In this document: in pieces, positions 19,004 to 28,766 of the stretch
Layout of the letters: every line of letters starts with the position of its first letter
Position numbering within the stretch: position 1 is the first letter of the stretch
From: a virus
Taxonomy: Duplodnaviria > Heunggongvirae > Uroviricota > Caudoviricetes
IMG/VR virus record: IMGVR_UViG_3300035659_000002
Direction: 5' to 3' (one strand)
DNA length: 64,000 nucleotides
Position numbers and translations under genes: made by a program
Notes under the pieces: generated by a model
The model's database searches: none
What the model was told of the DNA's origin: nothing
The model's input: only the letters and a program-made list of their open reading frames with translations

Positions 19004-20872
19004 TATTTTTTAATTCCATTTTTTCTTTTGATTATCTTATCAAGTTACCTTCTTTTGACCAATTGGGCTTTTTTTGTTGAAGATAACCGGTTTGTTACAA
19101 CCTGATTACTTCGTGCATCCAAACCGGTATATTATAAATTTTGACTATAGCGGTCCCCGCACCTCTCGAGTTGATCCTTCTGCCGATTTTTAGCCCACCT
19201 TTTCTTGGTTAATGATTACATTAAATACATTTGTAAAGGCATGAGGTTTTTTATGATCTTGTTTTTTATCTATCAAATGCTTAAAATATCCTTTGATTTT
19301 AAATCCCTAACTTCTCAAACCTATCATTTTATCATGTATCCATGATACTTTTCATATATAAATGAAACCAAATTGATATATTTTCGAGTAATGGTGATAA
19401 ACCTTTGAATCAAAAATATATACCAAAAAGGCAAACCGGGCTTTATATTTGATTGAAATTTTGACTTTCCCTCCTTGGTTCTCGAGCGTTCTACACCAAT
19501 TATAATAGGTCAATCATTGATTATATCCACGTTTAGATTAGTTAAATGTCATCTAGCATAGGGTTTAATCAATGGGATACAAACAAAGCATTTTTATACC
19601 ATGTATTATCAAGTTATCATTTTTGATGAAAACGGGCTTTTTTTGACCAATTATGAAAAAGTAATCAAGTTACCTATCTCCGAGAAAACGGGCTTTTTTT
19701 GGCTTTTTTTCAATTTTATCAATCCACGCTCCTGGCACGTGTATCCTGAATGCTCGACATGGCCTATTTTGCCTTTTTTAGTATTATCAAGTTACCTCTA
19801 TCATAAAATGCCCTTTTTTTTGAAAATAGGCGTTTTTAGGCATTTTGACGTGTTTTTGCCCATTTTGACCATGTTTTAGGTGTCGAAAACGTGCCTTTTT
19901 GACCTATTTTGACCTATTGTTTGACCCATTTTCGAGCATGAAAATGGCGTGTTTTTGGCTTTTTTTGCATCATTTTTGACCGGCAGCTGCGACGATTTTC
20001 GAGGCCTGAACGACTAAAAATTCACCCGTTTTTGCATCATTCGACCACGATCCAAGCCCTGATTCATCGGTAAAAACACCTTTTTTTGACCTTTTTTTGC
20101 CCATGAAAATACCATTTTCGACCATTTTTCGTGCATTTTTGGTCTCGGGATGTTTTTCGATGGTTGGTGACCGGATTGACTATCCGGGCTTTTTTTTCGG
20201 AATGATGGCTTTTTTTTCGGGGATCCGGGGCAACCGTGGCTCGAATTGGCCATTTTCCCGATCCTAGCTACTCGGGATCTTGCAAGGTCGATTATCGGGA
20301 TTCAATCAATTCCCACCTTTTTTTCCAACGTATATCATCAAGTTATCCCCTCTTGATAAAGGACGTATTTTTTAGAAAAGGATGGAATAATCGTGGAGAA
20401 CAGGGTGTATTCTGGAGGGTATCGGATGGAATCGGATGGAGATGAAGAGCAAGTTTTTTTGGAAACGTGCGGGGAAGGAGATAGAGTATAACTTGATGAC
20501 ATGCGGCAATCCCACTTTTTTTTTGCATGATCGAAAAGTAACTATCCCGACAAAATCAACCAAGGCTTCTAACGACGAACCGCAACACGCCCACGGAATG
20601 CCGAGATAGGCGTTCCCGTTGAAAATAACGGCTCCGTCTTGGACCCTGAATGGACAATGGAAATAGATGTCATGGGCGAGGTCCAGGGAATAACTTCAAA
20701 TATCGATCATGGTACTTTACTATTGCGAATCATCTCGACTCACATCAAACTCGCGCATCCTACAAGGTTCGTTGTTTTCAGTCATTTTCGTTTTTTCTCC
20801 ATGGTGTTTCACCGGGATAGGGAGAGGGGTCACCCTCCCCTTCCCAAATTTTTTTTAGATGCGGGCGAGTAA

Positions 20873-20919
20873 CCCCCGGCGGGGGGAAATCGAGTCCCCC
20901 CGCCTTTTCATTCCTTTTT
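20873..20919 (+). terminator. intrinsic terminator-like hairpin
   Basis: ggcggggggaaatcgagtccccccgcc stem-loop followed by ttttcattcctttttt. Confidence 0.55.
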
Positions 20920-20940
20920 TAACAAAATGATTTAAATATA
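20917..20940 (+). promoter_or_regulatory. conserved promoter-like motif TTTTAACAAAATGATTTAAATATAC
   Basis: About 45 nt upstream of ATG 20983. Confidence 0.45.
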
Positions 20941-20982
20941 CACGGTCGAATCCTTGCTATAGATACTCGAAGTGTATCTAAC

Positions 20983-21315
20983 ATGGCACGCTTAACAAAA
21001 TTGGAATCCGAAGCCAAAAAAGCCAAGATCGCGGCGATGCTCGCCACAAACACGTCGTGGGCCATGATTGTCAAGGAAACGGGGTGCAGCTTCCAGACCA
21101 TTGCAGCGATCAGGAATGATAGTGGTAATCATAGTAAGAAAAAAACCGAACTTGATTCAAGGCAAGCCGAGAATGCAATGTTGAAAGATAAACTTCGTTT
21201 TCTCAACGCATTTTTCAAGGATAACCTAGATTACTTGTTCCAGAGCAAGAAAATTCAAGATTTCGTGATAAATCATCAAGAATTTGACGAGGTAGATACG
21301 TTATGCCAAGCTTGA
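20983..21315 (+). CDS. small HTH-like protein, paralog 1 of 3
   Basis: 110 aa. N-terminal TSWAMIVKETGCSFQTIAAI helix-turn-helix-like. C-terminal FLNAFFKDNLDYLF...VDTLCQA is shared with the next gene. Confidence 0.45.
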   Translation: MARLTKLESEAKKAKIAAMLATNTSWAMIVKETGCSFQTIAAIRNDSGNHSKKKTELDSRQAENAMLKDKLRFLNAFFKDNLDYLFQSKKIQDFVINHQEFDEVDTLCQA

Positions 21316-21560
21316 GAGAAATGATGCTTCAAAAACAGCAAGAAGCTACCGAAGCTGCCAAGAAAAGTGATCTTATCACCAAGCAAGCTAGTCCCGATAT
21401 AGGATCTGCTAGTAATCCGAAGGTATTGGCCAATCTAAAATTTCTTAACGATTTTTTCAAAGCCAACGCGGAATATCTTTTCTCAAATGAACAGATCGCC
21501 GCATTTATCGAAAAAAACACGGAAAAATTCAACGAGGTAGAAACACTATGCCAAGTTTAG
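21303..21560 (+). CDS. small protein, paralog 2 of 3
   Basis: Begins MPSLREM... and ends FLNDFFKANAEYLF...VETLCQV. Start overlaps the previous stop (ttATGccaagcttGA). Confidence 0.45.
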   Translation: MPSLREMMLQKQQEATEAAKKSDLITKQASPDIGSASNPKVLANLKFLNDFFKANAEYLFSNEQIAAFIEKNTEKFNEVETLCQV

Positions 21561-21817
21561 CTGAAATGCTCGCTGACAAGAAGCGACAAGAAGCTGCCGA
21601 AGCTGCAAAGCAAGCCTTAAAGAAAGAAGCCAAAGAGATTCTTCCATCTGATCCAAAAAACAAATTCTGTCCTGTTGATTGTGATTCGCAAAATGACAAG
21701 CATAATTGTCGTGATTGTGCAAGAAATACCAATTCACGGCCCGATTTATATAAGAAGATGTCATCATTCAAGGAAATGATGGAAGCCAAGGGATGGAAGC
21801 CAAGGGAAAACTCTTGA
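21548..21817 (+). CDS. small Cys-containing protein, paralog 3 of 3
   Basis: Begins MPSLAEM... with the same overlapping junction ctATGccaagtttAG. C-terminus CPVDCDSQNDKHNCRDCARN. Confidence 0.45.
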   Translation: MPSLAEMLADKKRQEAAEAAKQALKKEAKEILPSDPKNKFCPVDCDSQNDKHNCRDCARNTNSRPDLYKKMSSFKEMMEAKGWKPRENS

Positions 21818-21891
21818 ACAAGAAGTCCAAGCTGGCATCTAACATGTTCCCTGTTTTAAATACCGAATTGGCATATATTATAAAGTTAAAG

Positions 21892-21993
21892 TTAAATATA
21901 CTAAAAACCATAACATAAATGTACATAAAAATTAGGTGAAAATTAAATATACTAAAAACCATAACATAAATGTACATAAAAATTAGGTGAAAA
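21892..21993. repeat. perfect ~51-bp tandem duplication in front of ATG 21995
   Basis: ttaaatatactaaaaaccataacataaatgtacataaaaattaggtgaaaa occurs twice. Each copy carries the TTAAATATAC box and an AGGTGA. Confidence 0.7.
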
Positions 21994-21994
21994 A

Positions 21995-22681
21995 ATGTTC
22001 ATCGGAACATACAAGATTAACCAAGCCAAAATCTATCTCCCATCAATATGGCTCAAAAGTAATAAAGACGTGAAGGAGGTCGATGTTTTCATTGATGATA
22101 ATATCATCACTATCAAACCCGCCTCCGTGGATAAAACATTGACGAAAATAAAAGATGCACAAGAAATAAAACAAATCGAAAATTTTGAAATCAATTCAAA
22201 AGATGAATTAATGGATCTGGCCTTGTTTTCTTTCATGAATGTTTTCATGAATGATGTCGTGGGAATACCAACCTATGCTCAAATCAGAACATTTTTCACG
22301 TCATTACATATACAAGCCGAGAAGGTAGCAATCACGGTATTACGGGGGTTACAAAGCAACACGATTTGCATTCACGAGCAACCACAAGACGAATACGGGA
22401 TATTTTTGGAATTTTTGTTGAAATGGCTGCCGCCAGGTCTCGTTAATTTTCAACTTCCTCATACATTTTCGATCCAAGAAGCATTCTCGCAATTTTCCGG
22501 GCTTGGATTTAAGGATATTCACGGATTCGTGGCATTTCTCGAAAGAATTTCCACGATGTATCCTGACGTGCTAGGTTTCAGTTCGGAGAAACTCGGACAT
22601 GTAGCAAATTTAGTAACGATCAGGAATGTGTTTTCTGAAAAGCTTTTATTTGCTCGTGATGATGCATGGAAGGTGAACTAG
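21995..22681 (+). CDS. hypothetical protein
   Basis: 228 aa; AGGTGA lies 6 nt upstream. Confidence 0.5.
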   Translation: MFIGTYKINQAKIYLPSIWLKSNKDVKEVDVFIDDNIITIKPASVDKTLTKIKDAQEIKQIENFEINSKDELMDLALFSFMNVFMNDVVGIPTYAQIRTFFTSLHIQAEKVAITVLRGLQSNTICIHEQPQDEYGIFLEFLLKWLPPGLVNFQLPHTFSIQEAFSQFSGLGFKDIHGFVAFLERISTMYPDVLGFSSEKLGHVANLVTIRNVFSEKLLFARDDAWKVN

Positions 22682-24811
22682 ATGGGTATATTCCAAGAAT
22701 ATGAACGGTTCATCAGGGATTTCACATATAATGAGGACTTGGCAAAAACCGCAATATCAATTTTTAAAGGCGAGGGAAATGCACAAATCATCACGCCAAA
22801 TCTAGCACAGAAAAACACCCGTCACGTCCAAGACGTGATAATCGCCTCACGTGTCATGGAAAACGGGTTGAAAAGTATTCATGATGGTATAAAAAAACTG
22901 CTTTCCGACAAACAGCAATTTTCTGGAAGTTTATTCTATTTTTCTCAATATGGTGGAAGTAAAACCCAGTTTTTAAATTATATTTTTGATGAGATACAAA
23001 CGAAAATTTCTGATTGTATCATCATTATGTTTAATGATATAAATGAACTGAATCCATTAATATTATTCGACAAAATTAAACAATCCACGTATTATACCAT
23101 ACCAAAGTTACCACGGCTTGGCAATGATGAGGAAGCATTTTCCAATCTCATTAGTAAATTGGAAGGTGTTTCATCTGATATATTCGTGGAACTTCGTCAT
23201 TCATCAAATTTACAAAAAGCAAAATCAATTTCAGGTCAAATTAGAACTACATTAAAAAACAACCCCGACATCGTGAAAAAAATAAATGAATTGGACGAAG
23301 TATTGTATTCAACGATTTTAATTGATTCTGAATCCATTATGAAAAAAGTCCAAGATTTCATGCGAGAAATTACCGAGATGGGTATTGTTTTTTTATTTCT
23401 TTATGATGAGGTGGATCTTTGGATCGATGAAACATCAGAAGGAATAACATTTAGCGACAAATTCAACGGGTTAAACAAGGTGATGAAATTGCTTTTTCAA
23501 AGTTCGCAAGAAAGCGTGAAGGTGTTTCATGTGTTTGCTTGTACGGAACGTGTAAATTCGATTTTTGAAAACAATAGGTATAATGGTTTTTCTAAAATGT
23601 CCCCCGCTGCGAGCAGGCTGATTCAATTATATGATAGAAGCGATAAAATTACCGAATCAGGGTGTTATGATGGAAAAATGGATATCGCACTTGCCAAGAT
23701 TGCTTCTTTCTACTCCATTGCGAATAATAAATTCATGTTTGATGAAGAATTTCTCAATCAATTATTGGAATCAATAAGTGAAAAATTTGGAAATTCTTCT
23801 CGTCGTGTTGTAAATTCTCAAATCATAAAATTACTAAAAACATACCACGTTTATCATGGCCCAATGAAACGAGGTCTCAAAGAATGGAAGGATAATGCAA
23901 GAAAATATGGCAACCTGCTACAAGAACACATTACGCCAATTCTTAATCAGTTAAACATAAAATTTGAGCGAAATGACGTTAAAATTAATCCTGAAAATCC
24001 ATCTAGCGATAAAATTGATGGTTGTTTCATTAATTATGATATGGATGGAAAAGAAATCAAGACATATAGCGAAATCAAACTAACAGGAAATTTTAAGAAA
24101 GAAAAAGCATATCAAGCATTCCAATGGTCCCAGTTACGAAAAGAACCTATCATAATGATTATTTTTTGCCCAGATAGCAAAGAAGATATCAAGAAAGAAA
24201 TTAATACGTATGCCATACAAAATGGATTTTTGCCGGAGGATACAGCGAGAATAAAAATATTACACATAAGAAATCCCTTTGCATTCGTATCAATTATTGG
24301 CGTTGAAAATGTAATGTCTGATCATCAGAATCTTATGGATTTTTATAACACGATGGCTTTGTGGCTTGATATGTTCGGTAACTTCACCGATAATTATCAT
24401 GATTTAAAGAAAGAAATTGGTCTTTCCATCAAATTGCCATTGATATCGCCACCAGTAGCTGATCATAAGAACCCGCTTCAAATTAGTAATGAAAAAGCAG
24501 ATGATGTTCCTCCGGTCCAATTTACAAATGAACAATCCATGTGTATAGGTTTGCTCATCAAGTTATTCCAAGAAAAGAAGTTTAACCCGTCAGGTAAACT
24601 GAATAAATCAATCATTGAAAAGGTTAATAACGATTTCGGCCTTGGTATTGGAGATTTGGAACAAATTTATGAAGTAATGCAGAAATATAATATTGTCATT
24701 AAAATCAATCCTAAACAAGTGACATTTCAACCAGAAATAATATCCTGTGATGGAACGAATAATTTTCTCGACGTTTGTAGAAAGTATTTTACATCTATTA
24801 AAGGGATTTGA
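22682..24811 (+). CDS. large hypothetical protein, possible P-loop NTPase
   Basis: 709 aa. GGAAGGTGA SD. Deviant Walker-A-like SQYGGSKT and Walker-B-like IVFLFLYDEVD. Confidence 0.3.
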   Translation: MGIFQEYERFIRDFTYNEDLAKTAISIFKGEGNAQIITPNLAQKNTRHVQDVIIASRVMENGLKSIHDGIKKLLSDKQQFSGSLFYFSQYGGSKTQFLNYIFDEIQTKISDCIIIMFNDINELNPLILFDKIKQSTYYTIPKLPRLGNDEEAFSNLISKLEGVSSDIFVELRHSSNLQKAKSISGQIRTTLKNNPDIVKKINELDEVLYSTILIDSESIMKKVQDFMREITEMGIVFLFLYDEVDLWIDETSEGITFSDKFNGLNKVMKLLFQSSQESVKVFHVFACTERVNSIFENNRYNGFSKMSPAASRLIQLYDRSDKITESGCYDGKMDIALAKIASFYSIANNKFMFDEEFLNQLLESISEKFGNSSRRVVNSQIIKLLKTYHVYHGPMKRGLKEWKDNARKYGNLLQEHITPILNQLNIKFERNDVKINPENPSSDKIDGCFINYDMDGKEIKTYSEIKLTGNFKKEKAYQAFQWSQLRKEPIIMIIFCPDSKEDIKKEINTYAIQNGFLPEDTARIKILHIRNPFAFVSIIGVENVMSDHQNLMDFYNTMALWLDMFGNFTDNYHDLKKEIGLSIKLPLISPPVADHKNPLQISNEKADDVPPVQFTNEQSMCIGLLIKLFQEKKFNPSGKLNKSIIEKVNNDFGLGIGDLEQIYEVMQKYNIVIKINPKQVTFQPEIISCDGTNNFLDVCRKYFTSIKGI

Positions 24812-24821
24812 AGAACGAACG

Positions 24822-24845
24822 TTTAACAAAATAGTTTAAATATAC
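24822..24845 (+). promoter_or_regulatory. conserved promoter-like motif TTTAACAAAATAGTTTAAATATAC
   Basis: About 50 nt upstream of ATG 24895. Confidence 0.45.
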
Positions 24846-24894
24846 TCGGTCGGACGATTGCTCGGTACTACAAGATTTTGCAAGGTAATATCTC

Positions 24895-25317
24895 ATGGGA
24901 AAACCAGCAGCAAAACCGACGGGCGACAAGCCCGAGGACAAGAAGGATGCCCTTGCTGACGACGACGAGGATGAAATGGACGAAGCGGAAGATGACCTCA
25001 CCGATGAGGATGACGAAGATGAGGACGAAGATGACGAAGGAGTTAGCGAACTCTTGACCCAAGTAACGACCATGGTTGATAGCATGTTGGGGTCAATCGT
25101 GCGAAATGTTCAAGCCCTCAACCTGGATAACTTGATCTGCTCGAAGATTTCGACATTGATCGCTGACCTCGATTTCGAGAAGCCCTTACCCGATAACAAG
25201 AAAACTGCTATTGATACCCTCGTGAAACTTCGCACGACCTTGTTCGGCCAGGGCATCCCCATGTTCCCGTCCAACATCATGAACTCGGCCATGAAGGGCC
25301 TGGATGACAAGGAATAA
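24895..25317 (+). CDS. highly acidic protein (poly-D/E tract)
   Basis: DDDEDEMDEAEDDLTDEDDEDEDEDDEG followed by a helical C-terminal part. Confidence 0.45.
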   Translation: MGKPAAKPTGDKPEDKKDALADDDEDEMDEAEDDLTDEDDEDEDEDDEGVSELLTQVTTMVDSMLGSIVRNVQALNLDNLICSKISTLIADLDFEKPLPDNKKTAIDTLVKLRTTLFGQGIPMFPSNIMNSAMKGLDDKE

Positions 25318-25556
25318 AAACTCTTTTTTTTCTTTTTAATTTACAAGCAAAGGCCATTAATCATGGAAACTGATAAAGAAATCACGAATTGTTTGAAAGA
25401 TAAAATCAATTATCTCGAAACACTTATCACGATATTCAACACGCGTGTTCCACGATTTTTCGTCAAGAGAGTTTATAAAAAAATGAAAGAAACAAGAATA
25501 AAGAACCCAAAAATATAGTAAACAAAAAGCCATCACCCCATTGAAGATGACATGAA

Positions 25557-26060
25557 ATGGTACAATCTATTTGGTTGAAATTGGACAAGCCACGAAAACA
25601 AGACGTGATCTATTCGATACTTGATGCGAAATACAAGCTCGAACCATATAATCAACAGGATGGTTCGTCCAGGGATATACACAAGCGATATAGCATCGAA
25701 AAAGGATTCACGTTTGTTGACAAGAGCATCATCGAATCAGCATTGCGAAAAATAATCACCGATTATGATAAAAGTCTTGACTGCAAGTGCGAATTTTGCA
25801 CGATGCTCAAGACCCGTGGTAATTTGGTCGTGTACATGTTCGGTATTACCTTCAGTCCATCTATAGATGATCTCATGGCTAACAAACCGGATGCGTTAAT
25901 AACGACCATCGGAAGAAATATCTGGATGGCCAATTGGATGTGTTTCATTCAAGATGACCGGCTCAAGCTACTCAATCATTTCTTGGAAGATATCAAGCAA
26001 GAACTAGCAAAATCAGAAATTGAATCGACGCTTGACATGAATGATTGTGATTTAGAATGA
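25557..26060 (+). CDS. hypothetical protein
   Basis: 167-aa ORF; its stop overlaps the next start (ATGA). Confidence 0.4.
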   Translation: MVQSIWLKLDKPRKQDVIYSILDAKYKLEPYNQQDGSSRDIHKRYSIEKGFTFVDKSIIESALRKIITDYDKSLDCKCEFCTMLKTRGNLVVYMFGITFSPSIDDLMANKPDALITTIGRNIWMANWMCFIQDDRLKLLNHFLEDIKQELAKSEIESTLDMNDCDLE

Positions 26061-26644
26061 AAAAAATACCAAGCATTTTCGCACGGGATTGGGAAAAGAA
26101 TCCTGACGATATTTTACCGATTGCCGATCCGGGTTGCGATTGGGTGTTTCGCAACGAAGGAATCCCCACGAGAAAATGGGATGGCACGGCCCACATGGTC
26201 AAGGATGGCAAACTCTACAAGCGATATGATGCAAAAAAGGGCAAGCCCGCTCCACAAGGGGGCATTCCATGCCAAGATCCGGACCCGATAACAGGACATT
26301 GGCCACATTGGATACCCGTTGATTTCAATGCGCCAGATGCAAAATGGGGAAAAGAGGCTTGGGATGAATCACTCAAAATTGATGGAAGTGTTTTATCAGA
26401 TGGTACATACGAACTTTGCGGGCCAAAAATAAACGCCAATCCCGAGCATCTTGCAATGCATCAATTGATTCGCCATGGCGAGGAAAGAGTTAATTTCCGG
26501 TTCAACGGTTCAACCGTGGAAGAATGGTTCAACGAAGTTAAAACATTTCTATCGACCGTGAACATCGAAGGTATCGTTTGGCATCATCCTGACGGTCGAA
26601 TGGCCAAGATCAAGAAAAAAGATTTTCGGTTGCCACGTCAATGA
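26057..26644 (+). CDS. minimal covalent nucleotidyltransferase, ATP-dependent RNA/DNA ligase-like
   Basis: Motif I RKWDGTAHMV (KxDG), then EGIVWHHPDG and AKIKKKDF (motif IV/V-like EGhV...K-x-K). Confidence 0.4.
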   Translation: MKKIPSIFARDWEKNPDDILPIADPGCDWVFRNEGIPTRKWDGTAHMVKDGKLYKRYDAKKGKPAPQGGIPCQDPDPITGHWPHWIPVDFNAPDAKWGKEAWDESLKIDGSVLSDGTYELCGPKINANPEHLAMHQLIRHGEERVNFRFNGSTVEEWFNEVKTFLSTVNIEGIVWHHPDGRMAKIKKKDFRLPRQ

Positions 26645-26895
26645 TGCTTGATAAATTCCAATATTTTTTTCTTGAATAATTTATGATCCTTGTCCATGAT
26701 ATCCTTGAGCATGAGTACATCATCGCCCTTGCGGAGCGCGGGAACAGCACGAATGTTGAGCATCAATGCATCGGTTTCTGCTTCCGGGTCCGTGTCGATC
26801 ACGCGCTTGATAGTCTTGATATGAAGTTCCTCGTGGAGATATTCAATCAGGACCGGGCATCGAACGCATGTCGAAGTGGTAAAAAGTTCAAGCAT
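26638..26895 (-). CDS. glutaredoxin/NrdH-like thioredoxin-fold protein
   Basis: ~85 aa from MLELFTTSTCVRCP (CxxC), with a downstream VPAL cis-Pro-like motif. The longer ORF start overlaps the neighbouring gene. Confidence 0.4.
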   Translation of the reverse strand: MLELFTTSTCVRCPVLIEYLHEELHIKTIKRVIDTDPEAETDALMLNIRAVPALRKGDDVLMLKDIMDKDHKLFKKKILEFIKHH

Positions 26896-27443
26896 TATTT
26901 CTTGCCTAATTTTTTCAATTGTTTCGGGTTCTGTGCCAGATAAATCACCGTGGCCAAGAACGCGTTGAACATGATGTAGAGGCCCATCATCGGCCATTCA
27001 AAAATGCGGAAGTATTCAGATTCCCCGTGAGTAACCATGTTTTGCGTGCCAATGATCGTTGACCATAGTAGCCCTGCAAGGAATATCAAGACCGGCCATG
27101 AACTTTTCCATCGTTTAGCAAGAACCATGGTCGCCAGGACCAGGTTAATGACATGAATCAAGATCACGTTAGTCATGAATATAATATCCACGATTGTAAC
27201 GAGATAAATACACCAATACCCGATCACGATGGAATTGAGAAATGGATAATCGACAAACAAGGCCGCTGATGATAGAATCACCGAAATGGTACAAATGACA
27301 AACACGGGCAAGATGCCCGGTATTTGCGCTGACATGACAAATGCGATAAAAAAGGCAACGATCAATCCCATGCCGAAAAACTTGGGATGCTTGATAACGT
27401 AGTTCTGTGCCTTGCCATATTGTTTCTTGAAGTTTTTACTCAT
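26895..27443 (-). CDS. multi-pass membrane protein
   Basis: 182 aa with 4-5 hydrophobic helices. Confidence 0.4.
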   Translation of the reverse strand: MSKNFKKQYGKAQNYVIKHPKFFGMGLIVAFFIAFVMSAQIPGILPVFVICTISVILSSAALFVDYPFLNSIVIGYWCIYLVTIVDIIFMTNVILIHVINLVLATMVLAKRWKSSWPVLIFLAGLLWSTIIGTQNMVTHGESEYFRIFEWPMMGLYIMFNAFLATVIYLAQNPKQLKKLGKK

Positions 27444-27672
27444 GATCGCTTCCTTTTTGCTTCATTAAATTCCTAACTTTGCCAATAGAATCGGTTATGC
27501 CTTTTATCATTTTTTCCTCTTTGCCAGGCCAATATTCATGGACAAAATCGGCAATCTCTGATTCGCTAGGATTCATTCCGATTTCAGAAATAACAATGCG
27601 TGTGAGTATGATATCAATGTCGTTTTCTGCTTGTTTTACTTCCTTATTATTTCGACACCACCATTTGGGCAT
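27436..27672 (-). CDS. hypothetical small protein
   Basis: 78-aa ORF. Confidence 0.3.
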   Translation of the reverse strand: MPKWWCRNNKEVKQAENDIDIILTRIVISEIGMNPSESEIADFVHEYWPGKEEKMIKGITDSIGKVRNLMKQKGSDHE

Positions 27673-27685
27673 TTGTTAATCTACC

Positions 27686-28237
27686 TCATGTGAATGGCAC
27701 GTTCAAGAAGTCATTTATTGCATCGAGAATTTCCATGACCGTCATTTCCTCGTTGCCTTGATGCATCGGAACATCGTTCATGATATAATCGAGGGACGGA
27801 ATAACAGGACGTGTCAAGTACCATTCATGCGTGTTATACATGGATGCTTGAAACAAGAACTGATAAGTGACCTCGCCAATGATATTTTCTTTATACACGA
27901 TACCGTACACGGAATAACTGAACATGTCATAACTGATGCCCGTGGCCTTGATGATTGCAAGCACGTCAACCGTATCAAAGACCTTATAGACCGTGATCGA
28001 AATATCATCATTAAACTCCTTTGAATGTACCACGAGCAAGTCATCAATCGGGTCGTAGGTGTCAACCAGGATCTGCGCGTAGAATTGTCCATGGGACATT
28101 TCATCAAATCGAATATTGGATGGTTTCACGGAATAAATATAATCAGGAACGACCAAGAACCCTACTCCTATTACGGTAGCAAGCAAACCGATGGCTAAAA
28201 AAGTGAAGAACCGTCGTTTCTTGTCGTTCAATGGCAT
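27686..28237 (-). CDS. membrane-anchored hypothetical protein
   Basis: 183 aa with an N-terminal TM. Confidence 0.4.
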   Translation of the reverse strand: MPLNDKKRRFFTFLAIGLLATVIGVGFLVVPDYIYSVKPSNIRFDEMSHGQFYAQILVDTYDPIDDLLVVHSKEFNDDISITVYKVFDTVDVLAIIKATGISYDMFSYSVYGIVYKENIIGEVTYQFLFQASMYNTHEWYLTRPVIPSLDYIMNDVPMHQGNEEMTVMEILDAINDFLNVPFT

Positions 28238-28273
28238 GATATTTACATCCGATTTTCAATCAAATAAACATTT

Positions 28274-28765
28274 CTAAAAGAGCAAGTAAAGCAAAATACA
28301 AGCCACGAAGCACGCCATAGTATTCAGTCCGAGCCATTTATCCGTGTTCTTGGCCGTCATGCGATCCAATCCAAGTTCCTCGGCATTTTTATTCTTCTTT
28401 TTTCGTTTAACGAAGCCCGGTTTCACGATGCAATACGTTCCCATTTTCCCTTTGCTTTTAATTTTCAAATCGAGAAGTAAATGCAATCCATAAGCCAGGG
28501 TAAAAAAGAAAACGTCATAATATCGTCCCTGATTCCAAAATAGCATGTAAATGATTGTCAGGAACGGGAACAGGGCCGAATGCGTGAAACAATCACGATG
28601 CCGGTGTAGCATGTGATCGAGGTCCGGGAATGTCGAACCGACCACGCCGAAGAATAAAAGCGAGAATGTATCCCCGTTATCAAAATAGTAATACGTGAGA
28701 ATATAGATCACGAGACAGGCCAAGAACCCGACGGGAATGTGAACGCGGCCATCCATCAATATCAC
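28274..28765 (-). CDS. membrane metal-dependent hydrolase-like protein (DUF457/YdjM-like)
   Basis: His/Asp-rich FPDLDHMLHRHRD plus GLHLLLDL, within a polytopic membrane context. Confidence 0.3.
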   Translation of the reverse strand: MILMDGRVHIPVGFLACLVIYILTYYYFDNGDTFSLLFFGVVGSTFPDLDHMLHRHRDCFTHSALFPFLTIIYMLFWNQGRYYDVFFFTLAYGLHLLLDLKIKSKGKMGTYCIVKPGFVKRKKKNKNAEELGLDRMTAKNTDKWLGLNTMACFVACILLYLLF

Positions 28766-28766
28766 T

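Larger units (their letters stand above)
19004..20980. repeat. ~2-kb non-coding region with iteron-like direct repeats
   Basis: Five or more copies of ATCAAGTTAYC (19034, 19607, 19663, 19784, 20334), each followed by GGGCTTTTTTT. A cluster of ATTTTGACC repeats at 19850-19950. Tandem atcggatgga x2 near 20425. Confidence 0.6.

Noticed and set aside
19004-20300. Possible CRISPR array suggested by many short direct repeats
   Set aside because: The repeats are short (9-11 bp), irregularly spaced and of different sequence classes. There are no uniform-length spacers or cas genes. They look like iterons or T-tract signals instead.
21768-21977. Minus-strand ORF 21768..21977 with repeated MYIYVMVFSIFNF
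   Set aside because: It is an artefact of translating the perfect 51-bp tandem duplication. It lies in the promoter region of the plus-strand gene.
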